This document shows, in pieces, positions 30,299 to 38,513 of a stretch of 64,000 nucleotides of DNA. Positions within the stretch are counted from its first letter, which is position 1. Each line of letters begins with the position of its first letter. The stretch is from Deltaproteobacteria bacterium (lineage in GTDB: Bacteria; Desulfobacterota; Syntrophobacteria; BM002): assembly GCA_020353155.1 (NCBI GenBank), contig CP070689.1, positions 686,682-750,681 on the forward strand, written 5' to 3'. A program made the position numbers and the translations under genes. Below the pieces are notes generated by a model, which saw nothing but the letters and a program-made list of their open reading frames with translations, did no database searches and was not told the origin of the DNA.

Positions 30299-30322
30299 GT
30301 GCAACCTAGGACTCCTTTCACC

Positions 30323-30341
30323 TCGCGCAGAGCGCATAGGG
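30323..30341. repeat. Short CTATGCG/CTCTGCG-family element upstream of dxs.
   Basis: CGCGCAGAGCGCATAGGG is the reverse complement of CCCTATGCGCTCTGCGCG. The same motif recurs at 54409-54424 and 57485-57513. Confidence 0.5.
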
Positions 30342-30483
30342 TCAAAAAATAAAGGTTATGTCTTAAGTGGTTGTGTATTCAAGTTTGTTGCACTCTAAAG
30401 TCAGAATTCGAAGTCTCAAGCGCTGGACCCTCTTTGGCCAGCTTTGACTTGAAATAACTGCCGGCAGGCAACTCCGCGCCAGG

Positions 30484-31377
30484 TTATTTTTTCCTGGTTA
30501 TTATGTAACTTGCCAGTGCACGCAAGGGGTCAGCTTTGTGATCAAATCTCTCCAAGGCTGCCAAGGCATGGTCTACCTGCTTTCGAGCCGCTTCTCGCGA
30601 GCCCTCCAAGCCCACTGCAGCAGGGTAGGTCACCTTGCCCCTGGCCACATCAGAGCCTGCTGTCTTGCCAAGGACCTCAGTATGGCCTTCAATATCTAGA
30701 ATATCATCTGCTATCTGAAAGGCTAGCCCGATAGCTCTGCCATATCTAGCCAGAGCTTCCACCTGGTCATCTGTTCCACCACCAGCCAGCGCTCCCGATT
30801 CAGCCGCTGCTGAAATGAGGGCGGCAGTCTTGCGACTGTGCATCTGCTGCACAGTTTCAAGATCGGCCGGCTTGTTCTGTGAGAGCATATCCACCACTTG
30901 ACCACCCACCATTCCACGGTAGCTTGCCGCCCTGCCAATGACACCAATCAGCTTGAGAGCCCTTTCCGGCAGCAAAGTGTGATAATCACTGAGAAGCACG
31001 AAAGCCTCGGTGAGTAAGCCGTCCCCAGCAAGAATAGCTATGGCTTCCCCAAAAACCACGTGGCTTGTGGGCTTACCACGGCGCAGATCGTCGTCATCCA
31101 TGGCAGGGAGATCGTCGTGAATGAGTGAATAGGTGTGAATCATTTCCAGGGCGCAGGCTGCAGGCATGGCAGCCGCAATCTCACCACCCACTGCTTCAGC
31201 CGCGGCCAGACAGAGGATAGGACGAAGTCGTTTTCCGCCGGCAAAGAGGCTGTAGCGCATAGCTTCAACAACCCTAGCTTCTGGCCCCTCATTCTCTGGC
31301 AGGGCAGCCTCCAAAGACTTTTCAACTATTAAACGCTGCCTCTCCAGATATTGCTTTAGGTCCAGGTCAGGAGTCAT
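30484..31377 (-). CDS. ispA: Farnesyl-diphosphate synthase (geranyltranstransferase).
   Basis: Start MTPDLDLKQYL (ATG at 31377, overlapping the xseB stop). Two Asp-rich motifs, LIHDDLPAMDDDD and IADDILD, are present. Confidence 0.9.
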   Translation of the reverse strand: MTPDLDLKQYLERQRLIVEKSLEAALPENEGPEARVVEAMRYSLFAGGKRLRPILCLAAAEAVGGEIAAAMPAACALEMIHTYSLIHDDLPAMDDDDLRRGKPTSHVVFGEAIAILAGDGLLTEAFVLLSDYHTLLPERALKLIGVIGRAASYRGMVGGQVVDMLSQNKPADLETVQQMHSRKTAALISAAAESGALAGGGTDDQVEALARYGRAIGLAFQIADDILDIEGHTEVLGKTAGSDVARGKVTYPAAVGLEGSREAARKQVDHALAALERFDHKADPLRALASYIITRKK

Positions 31378-31609
31378 CTCCCTCCTCACTGAATGGGGCG
31401 GTTTGTATTTTGCCCCCTTGGTCACGAATGAGCTTCTCCACCTTACGCTCTGCCTCGTCCAGTTTGGAGGTGCAGAATTTTGCCAGCCTCACCCCTTCCT
31501 CAAAGGCTTTGAGTGCTTCCTCCAGAGGAAGATCTCCTTCCTCCATCTTGGCGACAATCGCCTCGAGCTTTTGCAGAGCCTCTTCAAATTTTTCTTTCTT
31601 CCTTGCCAC
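31367..31609 (-). CDS. xseB: Exodeoxyribonuclease VII small subunit.
   Basis: 80 aa. FEEALQKLEAIVAKMEEGDLPLEEALKAFEEGVRLAKFC is a canonical XseB helix-turn. Confidence 0.85.
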   Translation of the reverse strand: MARKKEKFEEALQKLEAIVAKMEEGDLPLEEALKAFEEGVRLAKFCTSKLDEAERKVEKLIRDQGGKIQTAPFSEEGDDS

Positions 31610-31618
31610 TTTGTCCTC

Positions 31619-32494
31619 TCATTCAGCTGTCGCCCGCATAAGGGCGAAAGGATCTACTCTTGCTCCTCCCAACCGGACACCCCAGTGTAAATGGGGGCCA
31701 GTGGCTCGCCCGGTAGAGCCAGCAAGACCAATGACGTAATTTTTACCCACCAAATCACCTTCAGCTACATTTGCCTTTGAAAGGTGAAAATACATGCTAT
31801 ACAGGCCCCAACCGTGATCTATCACCACCGCCGTCCCGTGGAAGAAAAAATCTCCCACCAAAACGATTCGGCCGTGATTGGCTGCCCTCACCGGTTCACT
31901 CAACTTGGCACGCAAGTCCACGCCTGAGTGAGGACTTCGTGGTTCTCCATTGAGGATTCTCCCGAGCCCGAAAGGGGTAGAAAGTTCTCCCGGCACTGGA
32001 CGGACAAAATTGTCATGCCAGTATCGCTTGGGCGTATATATGTCCCATAGCCTCCTGAACTCGGCGGATTCTTTTCTGACCCTTTTGAGTGTGGCCGCAT
32101 CCAGAGTTACCATGTTTTCCGGTAGGGTTAAACTTTGTTTACCAAATTCTTTCTTCTCAACTTCTATATTGGTTCTGTAAGTGAATGGACTATTACCCGG
32201 GGTGGAGATTTGCACCTCTAAGGGATAGGTCCCGGGATTTAGCCTGAAATCTATACCCAACAGAGATCTATATTCTTTCTCCTCTGCTTCAAAAAACTCA
32301 AGGGGTTGCCCCTGCCACAAACCCTTCACCTTGGAGCCGTCCTGGGGCCCAGTGAGAAAAATCTGCACCACTTCACCCTGGGAAACGGGTCCAGTGGGGC
32401 CGATCAGCTTGGTGGATCCCCCTGCAATCTGCGTCAACAGAAAAAAACTCATGCCTATAAACGCGGCCAGCAGTGGTTTGCGCAAGAGTTTCAC
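31619..32494 (-). CDS. M23 family metallopeptidase (LytM-type).
   Basis: 291 aa. Signal peptide present. HSGVDLRA ... HGWGLYSMYFHLS ... GSTGRATGPHLHW are the M23 HxxxD/HxH motifs. Confidence 0.8.
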   Translation of the reverse strand: MKLLRKPLLAAFIGMSFFLLTQIAGGSTKLIGPTGPVSQGEVVQIFLTGPQDGSKVKGLWQGQPLEFFEAEEKEYRSLLGIDFRLNPGTYPLEVQISTPGNSPFTYRTNIEVEKKEFGKQSLTLPENMVTLDAATLKRVRKESAEFRRLWDIYTPKRYWHDNFVRPVPGELSTPFGLGRILNGEPRSPHSGVDLRAKLSEPVRAANHGRIVLVGDFFFHGTAVVIDHGWGLYSMYFHLSKANVAEGDLVGKNYVIGLAGSTGRATGPHLHWGVRLGGARVDPFALMRATAE

Positions 32495-33861
32495 TCCTCT
32501 ACATGCACTACATTGCAGCGCAATGAACCCTCATGCAAGCGGACTTTAACCGTATCATCCTCTCTCACCTGCCTGGCCGAGCTAATCACCTTCCCTTTAG
32601 GCCAGGTGGTAGTAATGGAGTAGCCACGGGCAAGTATCCCCAGTGGACTCAGGCCATCCAATTGAATTAAACCCCGCTCCAAGTTCTGACGTTTTTTCTG
32701 AAAAATCTGGCCCAAAAAAAGCTCAAGACGGTGCCAAGACTGCCCCAACAACCCCTGCGCCTCACTGATCCTTCGGCTCGGGCTGAGGTGAAGCAAATTG
32801 TCTCTCAACCGCAGAAACATCTGATTTTCGGAGCGCAATCTCTGGCGGGCGGCAAACTCCAATCGTTGGGCTTGCTCGTCCAAACGCAGCCTAAGATCGG
32901 CCAGCCGCGCGGCAGGATGGCGTAGCCGCTTCTTTCTGCTGTCCAAACGTTCTCCGGCTAGGTTAAAAATCTGACCAATGCGCCCTTCCAGCCGCTGGTT
33001 TAAGTTAGCCACGAGTGATTCCAATGCTTCCTTGTGTTGAGCCACCATTTCCGCTGCAGCCGAAGGCGTCGGTGCGCGCACATCTGCCACTAAATCGGCC
33101 AGGGTAACATCAATTTCGTGACCAACTGCGGAAATTACTGGAATGTGCGAGCGAAAAATAGCGCGGACTACAGCTTCCTCATTGAAAGCCCAAAGGTCCT
33201 CCCAAGATCCACCACCCCGACCGACTATCAGCACGTCTACGGGAAACTCTTCATTAAAAGTGTCTATTCCTCTGGCGATCTCAGCTGCAGCCCCTTCACC
33301 CTGAACCTTTGCAGGATAAAGGTAGATCTCCAGATTGCTATAGCGCTCCCTCACGACTCTGATTATGTCTCGAATGGCAGCCCCTGTGGCAGAAGTTACT
33401 ACGCCCAGACGTTGGGTAAGAAATGGAATTGCTCTCTTATGCTCAGGGTCAAAGAGCCCTTCTGCTTCCAGTCGCTTTTTCAGCTGCTCGTAGGCAAGCT
33501 GCAAGGCCCCTACACCCCGGGGTTCCATAAAATCTACCAACAGCTGGTATTCACCCCGTGGTTCGTAGACACTGACCCTGGCCTGGCACAGCACCTTTAA
33601 GCCGTCCTCAGGCTGAAAGCGCATCCACCTCTGCTGGGAGCGGAACATCACACCTCGAATCTGACTGTCTTCGTCCTTCAATACGAAGTAATAGTGGCCG
33701 GATGCGGGTACCCTGAAGTTGGAGATTTCACCTTCTACCCAAAGGAAGGGGAAATGATCCTCCAGCAGGCCCCGTATTTCCCCGGTTAGCTCACTGACCG
33801 AGTAAATACGGCGCTGGGGAGGTTCCTCCAGTGCGTATGGGGTTTTCTCGCTGGAATTCAT
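32491..33861 (-). CDS. xseA: Exodeoxyribonuclease VII large subunit.
   Basis: 456 aa. An N-terminal OB-fold (SELTGEIRGLLEDHFPFLWVEGEISNF) and a catalytic core with VGHEIDVTLADLVAD. Confidence 0.9.
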   Translation of the reverse strand: MNSSEKTPYALEEPPQRRIYSVSELTGEIRGLLEDHFPFLWVEGEISNFRVPASGHYYFVLKDEDSQIRGVMFRSQQRWMRFQPEDGLKVLCQARVSVYEPRGEYQLLVDFMEPRGVGALQLAYEQLKKRLEAEGLFDPEHKRAIPFLTQRLGVVTSATGAAIRDIIRVVRERYSNLEIYLYPAKVQGEGAAAEIARGIDTFNEEFPVDVLIVGRGGGSWEDLWAFNEEAVVRAIFRSHIPVISAVGHEIDVTLADLVADVRAPTPSAAAEMVAQHKEALESLVANLNQRLEGRIGQIFNLAGERLDSRKKRLRHPAARLADLRLRLDEQAQRLEFAARQRLRSENQMFLRLRDNLLHLSPSRRISEAQGLLGQSWHRLELFLGQIFQKKRQNLERGLIQLDGLSPLGILARGYSITTTWPKGKVISSARQVREDDTVKVRLHEGSLRCNVVHVEE

Positions 33862-34080
33862 AAGTTAAATGTCTAAATTGAGCTAAAATGCACCAAAATT
33901 CATAAAATTCTAAAAGCAAAACACCTAAATAGATCGACTACTTATTTAGAGTCTTCCCACTATATTTCGAAGCCCCCTAGTAACACATTTCGTTCGCAAG
34001 ATCAAATAAAGCCAACTGGCAGCTAGCAGGACCCAGCTGGCAGAAAATTTTAGCCTCAAGCTTTGAGCTGCCTGCTGAGC

Positions 34081-35082
34081 CTACCGTCCCAGCACCTTCC
34101 AACAGCGGACGAAATGGTTGCCAGTCCCACTTACATCATAGAACTCAATCTGCCCTTTCCTGCAACGGTCCTCGACTAAAGGGCAACGATGCTGGAATTT
34201 GCAGCCCGGCGGGGGATTGAAGGGACTCGGCACATCACCGGCCAGAGGTGTCCAAGAACGCTTGGCCGAAGGCTCTGGCACCGGAGCCGCTTCCAACAGG
34301 GCGGAAGAATAGGGATGGAGATGTTGGCTGTAGACGTCCTCTGCGGGGCCATATTCCATGACATGACCAAGATACATGATAGCCACAGCGTCACTGACAA
34401 ACTTAACTACATGCAAATCATGGGCAATAAAAAGATAGCTTAGACCCAATCTTCGCTGCAAATCTTGAAGAAGGTTTAAAATCTGAGCCTGAATAGAAAC
34501 GTCCAGTGCTGAGACTGGTTCGTCACAGATTATCAGCTCTGGCTCCACGCTAAGTGCCCTGGCAATACCAATCCGCTGTCGCTGACCACCACTGAATTCA
34601 TGAGGATAGCGCTGTGCTGCCCAGCCAGGGATTCCCACCATTTCCAATAGTTCAGCTACCCGGGTCTGCCGCTGCTCACGTCCCCCCTTGTTTATGGTGC
34701 GCAACCCTTCCGCAATCGATTGCCCCACCGTCATTCTGGGATTTAGGGAGCCAAAGGGATCCTGGAACACGATCTGCATCCTGCGACGGTAGGACTTCAT
34801 ATCAGCTCGAGAAATTCCGGTGATATCTTCACCTTTGAAAAGGATTTTTCCTTCATCGGGCTCCATTAGCTTGAGAATGAGTCGCGCCAGAGTAGACTTG
34901 CCGCAGCCACTCTCGCCTACTAGACCTAGCGTTTTGCCGGCGGGCAGTTCCAAATCCACTCCGTCAACCGCTTTTATCCAACCAATCACTCGCTGGAAAA
35001 AACCACGCTGCACAGGGAAATATTTCTTTAGCCCCTGCACCTCTAAAATTACTTTATTGTTTGCTTTGCTGTCTTTACTCAT
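34081..35082 (-). CDS. oppF: Oligopeptide/dipeptide ABC transporter ATP-binding protein (OppF/DppF type).
   Basis: Start MSKDSKANNKV (ATG at 35082). Walker A GESGCGKST, the signature LSGGQRQR, and a C-terminal oligopeptide-ABC Cys-containing tail. Confidence 0.85.
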   Translation of the reverse strand: MSKDSKANNKVILEVQGLKKYFPVQRGFFQRVIGWIKAVDGVDLELPAGKTLGLVGESGCGKSTLARLILKLMEPDEGKILFKGEDITGISRADMKSYRRRMQIVFQDPFGSLNPRMTVGQSIAEGLRTINKGGREQRQTRVAELLEMVGIPGWAAQRYPHEFSGGQRQRIGIARALSVEPELIICDEPVSALDVSIQAQILNLLQDLQRRLGLSYLFIAHDLHVVKFVSDAVAIMYLGHVMEYGPAEDVYSQHLHPYSSALLEAAPVPEPSAKRSWTPLAGDVPSPFNPPPGCKFQHRCPLVEDRCRKGQIEFYDVSGTGNHFVRCWKVLGR

Positions 35083-35112
35083 CTCTCTCAGAGTGGCCTT
35101 TGCCCACCCTTC

Positions 35113-35184
35113 CACTAGGCAGTATGCACTAGGCACCATTTCCCCTGTCGCGGTGCTTAGTGCCTAGTGTTTAGTGCCTAGTAG
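35113..35184. repeat. Inverted composite array of the TGCCTAG family between oppD and oppF.
   Basis: CACTAGGCAGTATGCACTAGGCACC (reverse orientation) ... GGTGCTTAGTGCCTAGTGTTTAGTGCCTAGTAG (forward). The arms can pair into a long imperfect hairpin. Confidence 0.75.
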
Positions 35185-36171
35185 CCTTGAGGAGCGCTCT
35201 GCGTGAATAATTGGACATCTGGCCACATGATTGTCGCCAAAATTACACATCTGCGGAAATTGATCCCGGCAACTCTCTTGGACATAGGTGCAGCGAGGAT
35301 GGAATGGGCAACCCGGAGGTTTCATGGTGGGATCAGGAACCGCCCCCGGGATGGTGGCCAGTTCTTGTCCTTTTTCCCTGCGCCCTGGCAAGGATTCCAA
35401 CAACCCCATTGTGTATGGATGACAAGGGTCTTGGAATATTTGCCAGACTGAGCCCTCCTCCACCACTATTCCCGCATACATCACATAGATCCGATCGGCC
35501 ACGCCTGCAACCACGCTAAGATCATGGGTTATCTGCAGGATGGCCATCCCCCTTTTTTCTTGGAGCTCTCGAAAGAGGTTGAGAATTTGGGCCTGAATTG
35601 TCACATCCAGTGCAGTAGTGGGCTCGTCTGCAATGACCAAATCGGGGTTACAGGCCAGTGCCATGGCGATCATCACCCTCTGCCGTTGTCCACCGCTGAG
35701 ATTATGGGGGTAGTCGTGGATGCGTTCTTCGGGGGAGGGAATGCCCACATCGTGAAGTAATTTGAGGATTCTCTCCTCAGCCTGTTGGTGACTCGCACCC
35801 TCGTGGTGGGTAATCACTTCCTCTATCTGGTGCCCGATGGTAAAAACCGGGTTGAGGGAAGTCATGGGCTCCTGGAAGACCATGGATATTTCCCGCCCCC
35901 TGACTGACTGCAAGTCGTCTTCATCCGATTCCAGGAGATTCCTTCCTTTGAAAAACACTGCGCCGCCAGCTACTTGTGCCGGTGGCTGTGGCAGCAGACC
36001 AAGTATGCTTAGTGCTGACACCGTTTTGCCGCAGCCCGACTCTCCCACCAAGCACACCGTCTCCCCTCTATGCACCTTGTAGCTCACCCCATCCACCGCC
36101 TTTGCCAAACCCAGGTCAGTGTAGAAGTAGACCTTCAAATCATTGACGATCAATAGAGGCTCAGATGTCAT
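35164..36171 (-). CDS. oppD: Oligopeptide/dipeptide ABC transporter ATP-binding protein (OppD/DppD type).
   Basis: 335 aa. Walker A GESGCGKT, signature LSGGQRQR, and a C-terminal Cys-rich oligopeptide-ABC domain. Confidence 0.85.
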   Translation of the reverse strand: MTSEPLLIVNDLKVYFYTDLGLAKAVDGVSYKVHRGETVCLVGESGCGKTVSALSILGLLPQPPAQVAGGAVFFKGRNLLESDEDDLQSVRGREISMVFQEPMTSLNPVFTIGHQIEEVITHHEGASHQQAEERILKLLHDVGIPSPEERIHDYPHNLSGGQRQRVMIAMALACNPDLVIADEPTTALDVTIQAQILNLFRELQEKRGMAILQITHDLSVVAGVADRIYVMYAGIVVEEGSVWQIFQDPCHPYTMGLLESLPGRREKGQELATIPGAVPDPTMKPPGCPFHPRCTYVQESCRDQFPQMCNFGDNHVARCPIIHAERSSRLLGTKH

Positions 36172-36180
36172 TGTCTTTTA

Positions 36181-36256
36181 CCCTATGCGCCATGCTCCAT
36201 GCCCTCTGTCTCCTGACTCCTGACTCCTCACTCTATGCTCTATGCGTCCTAGTGTC
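36181..36256. repeat. Composite heptamer array (CTATGC, CTGACTC, CTATGC) between oppC and oppD.
   Basis: CCCTATGCGCCATGCTCCATGCC CTCTGTC TCCTGAC TCCTGAC TCCTCAC TCTATGC TCTATGC GTCCTAGTG. Confidence 0.8.
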
Positions 36257-37406
36257 TTTCCCTCAGCTTGGGATTGAGAATATCCCTTAGTCCCTCACCA
36301 AATAGATTAAAAGACAACACCACCACCAGAATGGCCAGCCCGGGTATTATAGTGAGCCACGGCGCGTCAAAAAGGTAGTTCTTGCCATCGGAGAGAATGT
36401 TGCCCCAGGTAGCGTGGGGAGGCGGCACCCCAAAGCCGAGGAAGCTGAGGCCCGCTTCGGTCAGGATTGCGCCGGCGATGCCGATGGTGGCTGAGACCAG
36501 TACTGGAGCGATGGCATTGGGCACCATATGCCGAAAAATGACCCGCCAGTCCGAAACCCCTAGAGCCCTGGCTGCGGTAACGAAATCCTGCTCTCGCAAA
36601 GAGAGAAACTCGGCCCTCACAAACCTCGCCGCCCCCATCCAGCTGGTGAGACCGATGATAATCATAATGTTGTAGATGCTCGCCGGCAGTAGGGCAACCA
36701 CAGTCAGAATCAGGAAAAAACTGGGGAAGCAGAGCATGATATCGATGAGACCGGTAATTAAAGCGTCGACTGAAAGAAGTTGAGCATTCAAAAGAGAAAG
36801 CAGCCCACGGGATCTTTCCCTGCCCTGGAGCAGCATTGCCATCAAAACAATCATTACTACAACACCGAGGATGACAAGATAGAGGCTGGATAGTCTGGAC
36901 CACCCCACTACCATCCAAATCGCCAGAAACAAGAGGAGAACCTGGCCTAGTCGAATGGGGTTCTGCCCGTAATAACCGGACAACCCACCCAAGAAGACAC
37001 CTATGACCACCGCTATTCCAACCGCCACAAAACCCACAGTCAGTGAGACCCAGGCTCCCTGCAGCATGCGGGCGAACACATCCCGCCCAAGTTCATCTGT
37101 ACCCAGCAAATAGACACCTAAAGGTGGCACCTCCTCTGGGAGCAATGACTCCAGGTTCGGTCCGGATAAGGGTGGTCGAAGCTTTTCCTGAAGCCTAACC
37201 AAGCTAGGGTCTAGAAAGGGGGAGGTCCCGCTAGTGAGGAGCATGCCGACCACCGCCACCACTAAGAAAAAACCAAATATGACCATGCCCGCCAGGGCCA
37301 GACGGTTTTTGCGTAGCTGAACCCAGAACTCCTCCAGTCTGGTTTGCTGCGGTGGCAGCTCAAATGTTTCACCTGACATGGTATGTTCAGAAGCCGAATC
37401 CTGCAC
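36249..37406 (-). CDS. oppC: Oligopeptide/dipeptide ABC transporter permease (OppC/DppC type).
   Basis: 385 aa. The BPD_transp_1 EAA-like loop (ARALGVSDWRVIFRHMVPN) and six TM segments. Confidence 0.85.
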   Translation of the reverse strand: MQDSASEHTMSGETFELPPQQTRLEEFWVQLRKNRLALAGMVIFGFFLVVAVVGMLLTSGTSPFLDPSLVRLQEKLRPPLSGPNLESLLPEEVPPLGVYLLGTDELGRDVFARMLQGAWVSLTVGFVAVGIAVVIGVFLGGLSGYYGQNPIRLGQVLLLFLAIWMVVGWSRLSSLYLVILGVVVMIVLMAMLLQGRERSRGLLSLLNAQLLSVDALITGLIDIMLCFPSFFLILTVVALLPASIYNIMIIIGLTSWMGAARFVRAEFLSLREQDFVTAARALGVSDWRVIFRHMVPNAIAPVLVSATIGIAGAILTEAGLSFLGFGVPPPHATWGNILSDGKNYLFDAPWLTIIPGLAILVVVLSFNLFGEGLRDILNPKLRERH

Positions 37407-37434
37407 CTTGCACCTGGTCCTGTGGGTTATACAT

Positions 37435-37550
37435 TAGTAGTTAGTAGCCAGTAACCAGTAGGATAAATTGCCCTTGTCTTTGTGCCTTTCTCCTGAATTC
37501 TGGATTCTGACTCCTGTCTCCTTACGCCATGCTCCATGCCCTATGCCCTG
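37435..37550. repeat. Composite heptamer array (TAGTAGT family, then CTGAATT/CTGACTC, then CCATGCT/CTATGCC) between oppB and oppC.
   Basis: TAGTAGT TAGTAGC CAGTAAC CAGTAGG ... CTGAATT CTGGATT CTGACTC CTGTCTC CTTACGC CATGCTC CATGCCC TATGCCC TG. Confidence 0.8.
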
Positions 37551-38513
37551 TCAAATCTTAATCCTCGGATCCACCACCATATAGAGTAGGTCCGAAAGGA
37601 AGGTTCCCACCAATACCAAGATTGCCGAGATGAAATTCACCGTGATAATTACCGGATAGTCCCGGGCAAGGATAGCCTCGTAGGCCATGCGCCCGATTCC
37701 GGGCCAGGAAAATATGGACTCGATGATTACCGACCCACCTATAAGCCCAGGCAATACCAGGCCGAACATGGTGACAAAAGGCAGTAGAGCATTGCGCAGG
37801 GCGTGCTTGTAATGCACTTGCTCCTCGGGGAGCCCTTTGGCTCTGGCTGTTCTAACGTAATCTTGACCCTCCACCTCGAGCATCTGATTGCGCACGTAAC
37901 GGGAGAGCACGGCGATACCCGCTGTGGCCCCTAAAATCGAAGGGAGAAGCAGGTGCCAGACCCTATCCATAATCCGTGTGAGGTAGCCGGCTCCGCTGAG
38001 ACCAAAGGTGGTCATGCCAATGACCGGCACCTGGAAGGTGCTTACCACGAATATTATAAGTACATAGGCAAAGAAGAATCCGGGTATGGAGATGAGAAGA
38101 TAAGCCAAGAAGGTTGTGGTACGATCGTATTTGCCCCCGCGCTTTATGGCCGCCTGAATGCCTACCGGGAACGAAAGTGTCCAGGTAATCAAGGTACCGA
38201 CGATAAAAAGGGGCAGGCTGTTGATAAAACGGTCGCAAATCTTGCCCAGTACGGAACGACCGTCTTTCCATGAGGTGCTTTTCCCGGCGAATAGATCTCG
38301 ATAAAACAATAGATACTGCTGGTAAAGAGGCTTGTCCAGGTGAAATTGCTGACGAAATCGCTCCACCACTTCCTTGGTGAACTTGGGATTCAAAGGATCC
38401 ACTTGGCTGGGCTCACCTGGAGCCAAATGAACGACCGCAAAGGAAATTACCGAGACAAAAAACAGGGTGATGGTTTTTTGCACCAGGCTGCGCCCCAAAA
38501 ACGGTATCATCAA
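37551..38513 (-). CDS. oppB: Oligopeptide/dipeptide ABC transporter permease (OppB/DppB type).
   Basis: 320 aa. EAA loop VRTARAKGLPEEQVHYKHALRNALLP. The start overlaps the oppA stop. Confidence 0.85.
   Translation of the reverse strand: MMIPFLGRSLVQKTITLFFVSVISFAVVHLAPGEPSQVDPLNPKFTKEVVERFRQQFHLDKPLYQQYLLFYRDLFAGKSTSWKDGRSVLGKICDRFINSLPLFIVGTLITWTLSFPVGIQAAIKRGGKYDRTTTFLAYLLISIPGFFFAYVLIIFVVSTFQVPVIGMTTFGLSGAGYLTRIMDRVWHLLLPSILGATAGIAVLSRYVRNQMLEVEGQDYVRTARAKGLPEEQVHYKHALRNALLPFVTMFGLVLPGLIGGSVIIESIFSWPGIGRMAYEAILARDYPVIITVNFISAILVLVGTFLSDLLYMVVDPRIKI

Noticed and set aside
36367-36918. A 183-aa ORF on the - strand in another frame of oppC.
   Set aside because: It overlaps the oppC permease in a different frame. 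It is Cys/His/Arg-rich and low-complexity. The permease frame has TM helices and the EAA loop.
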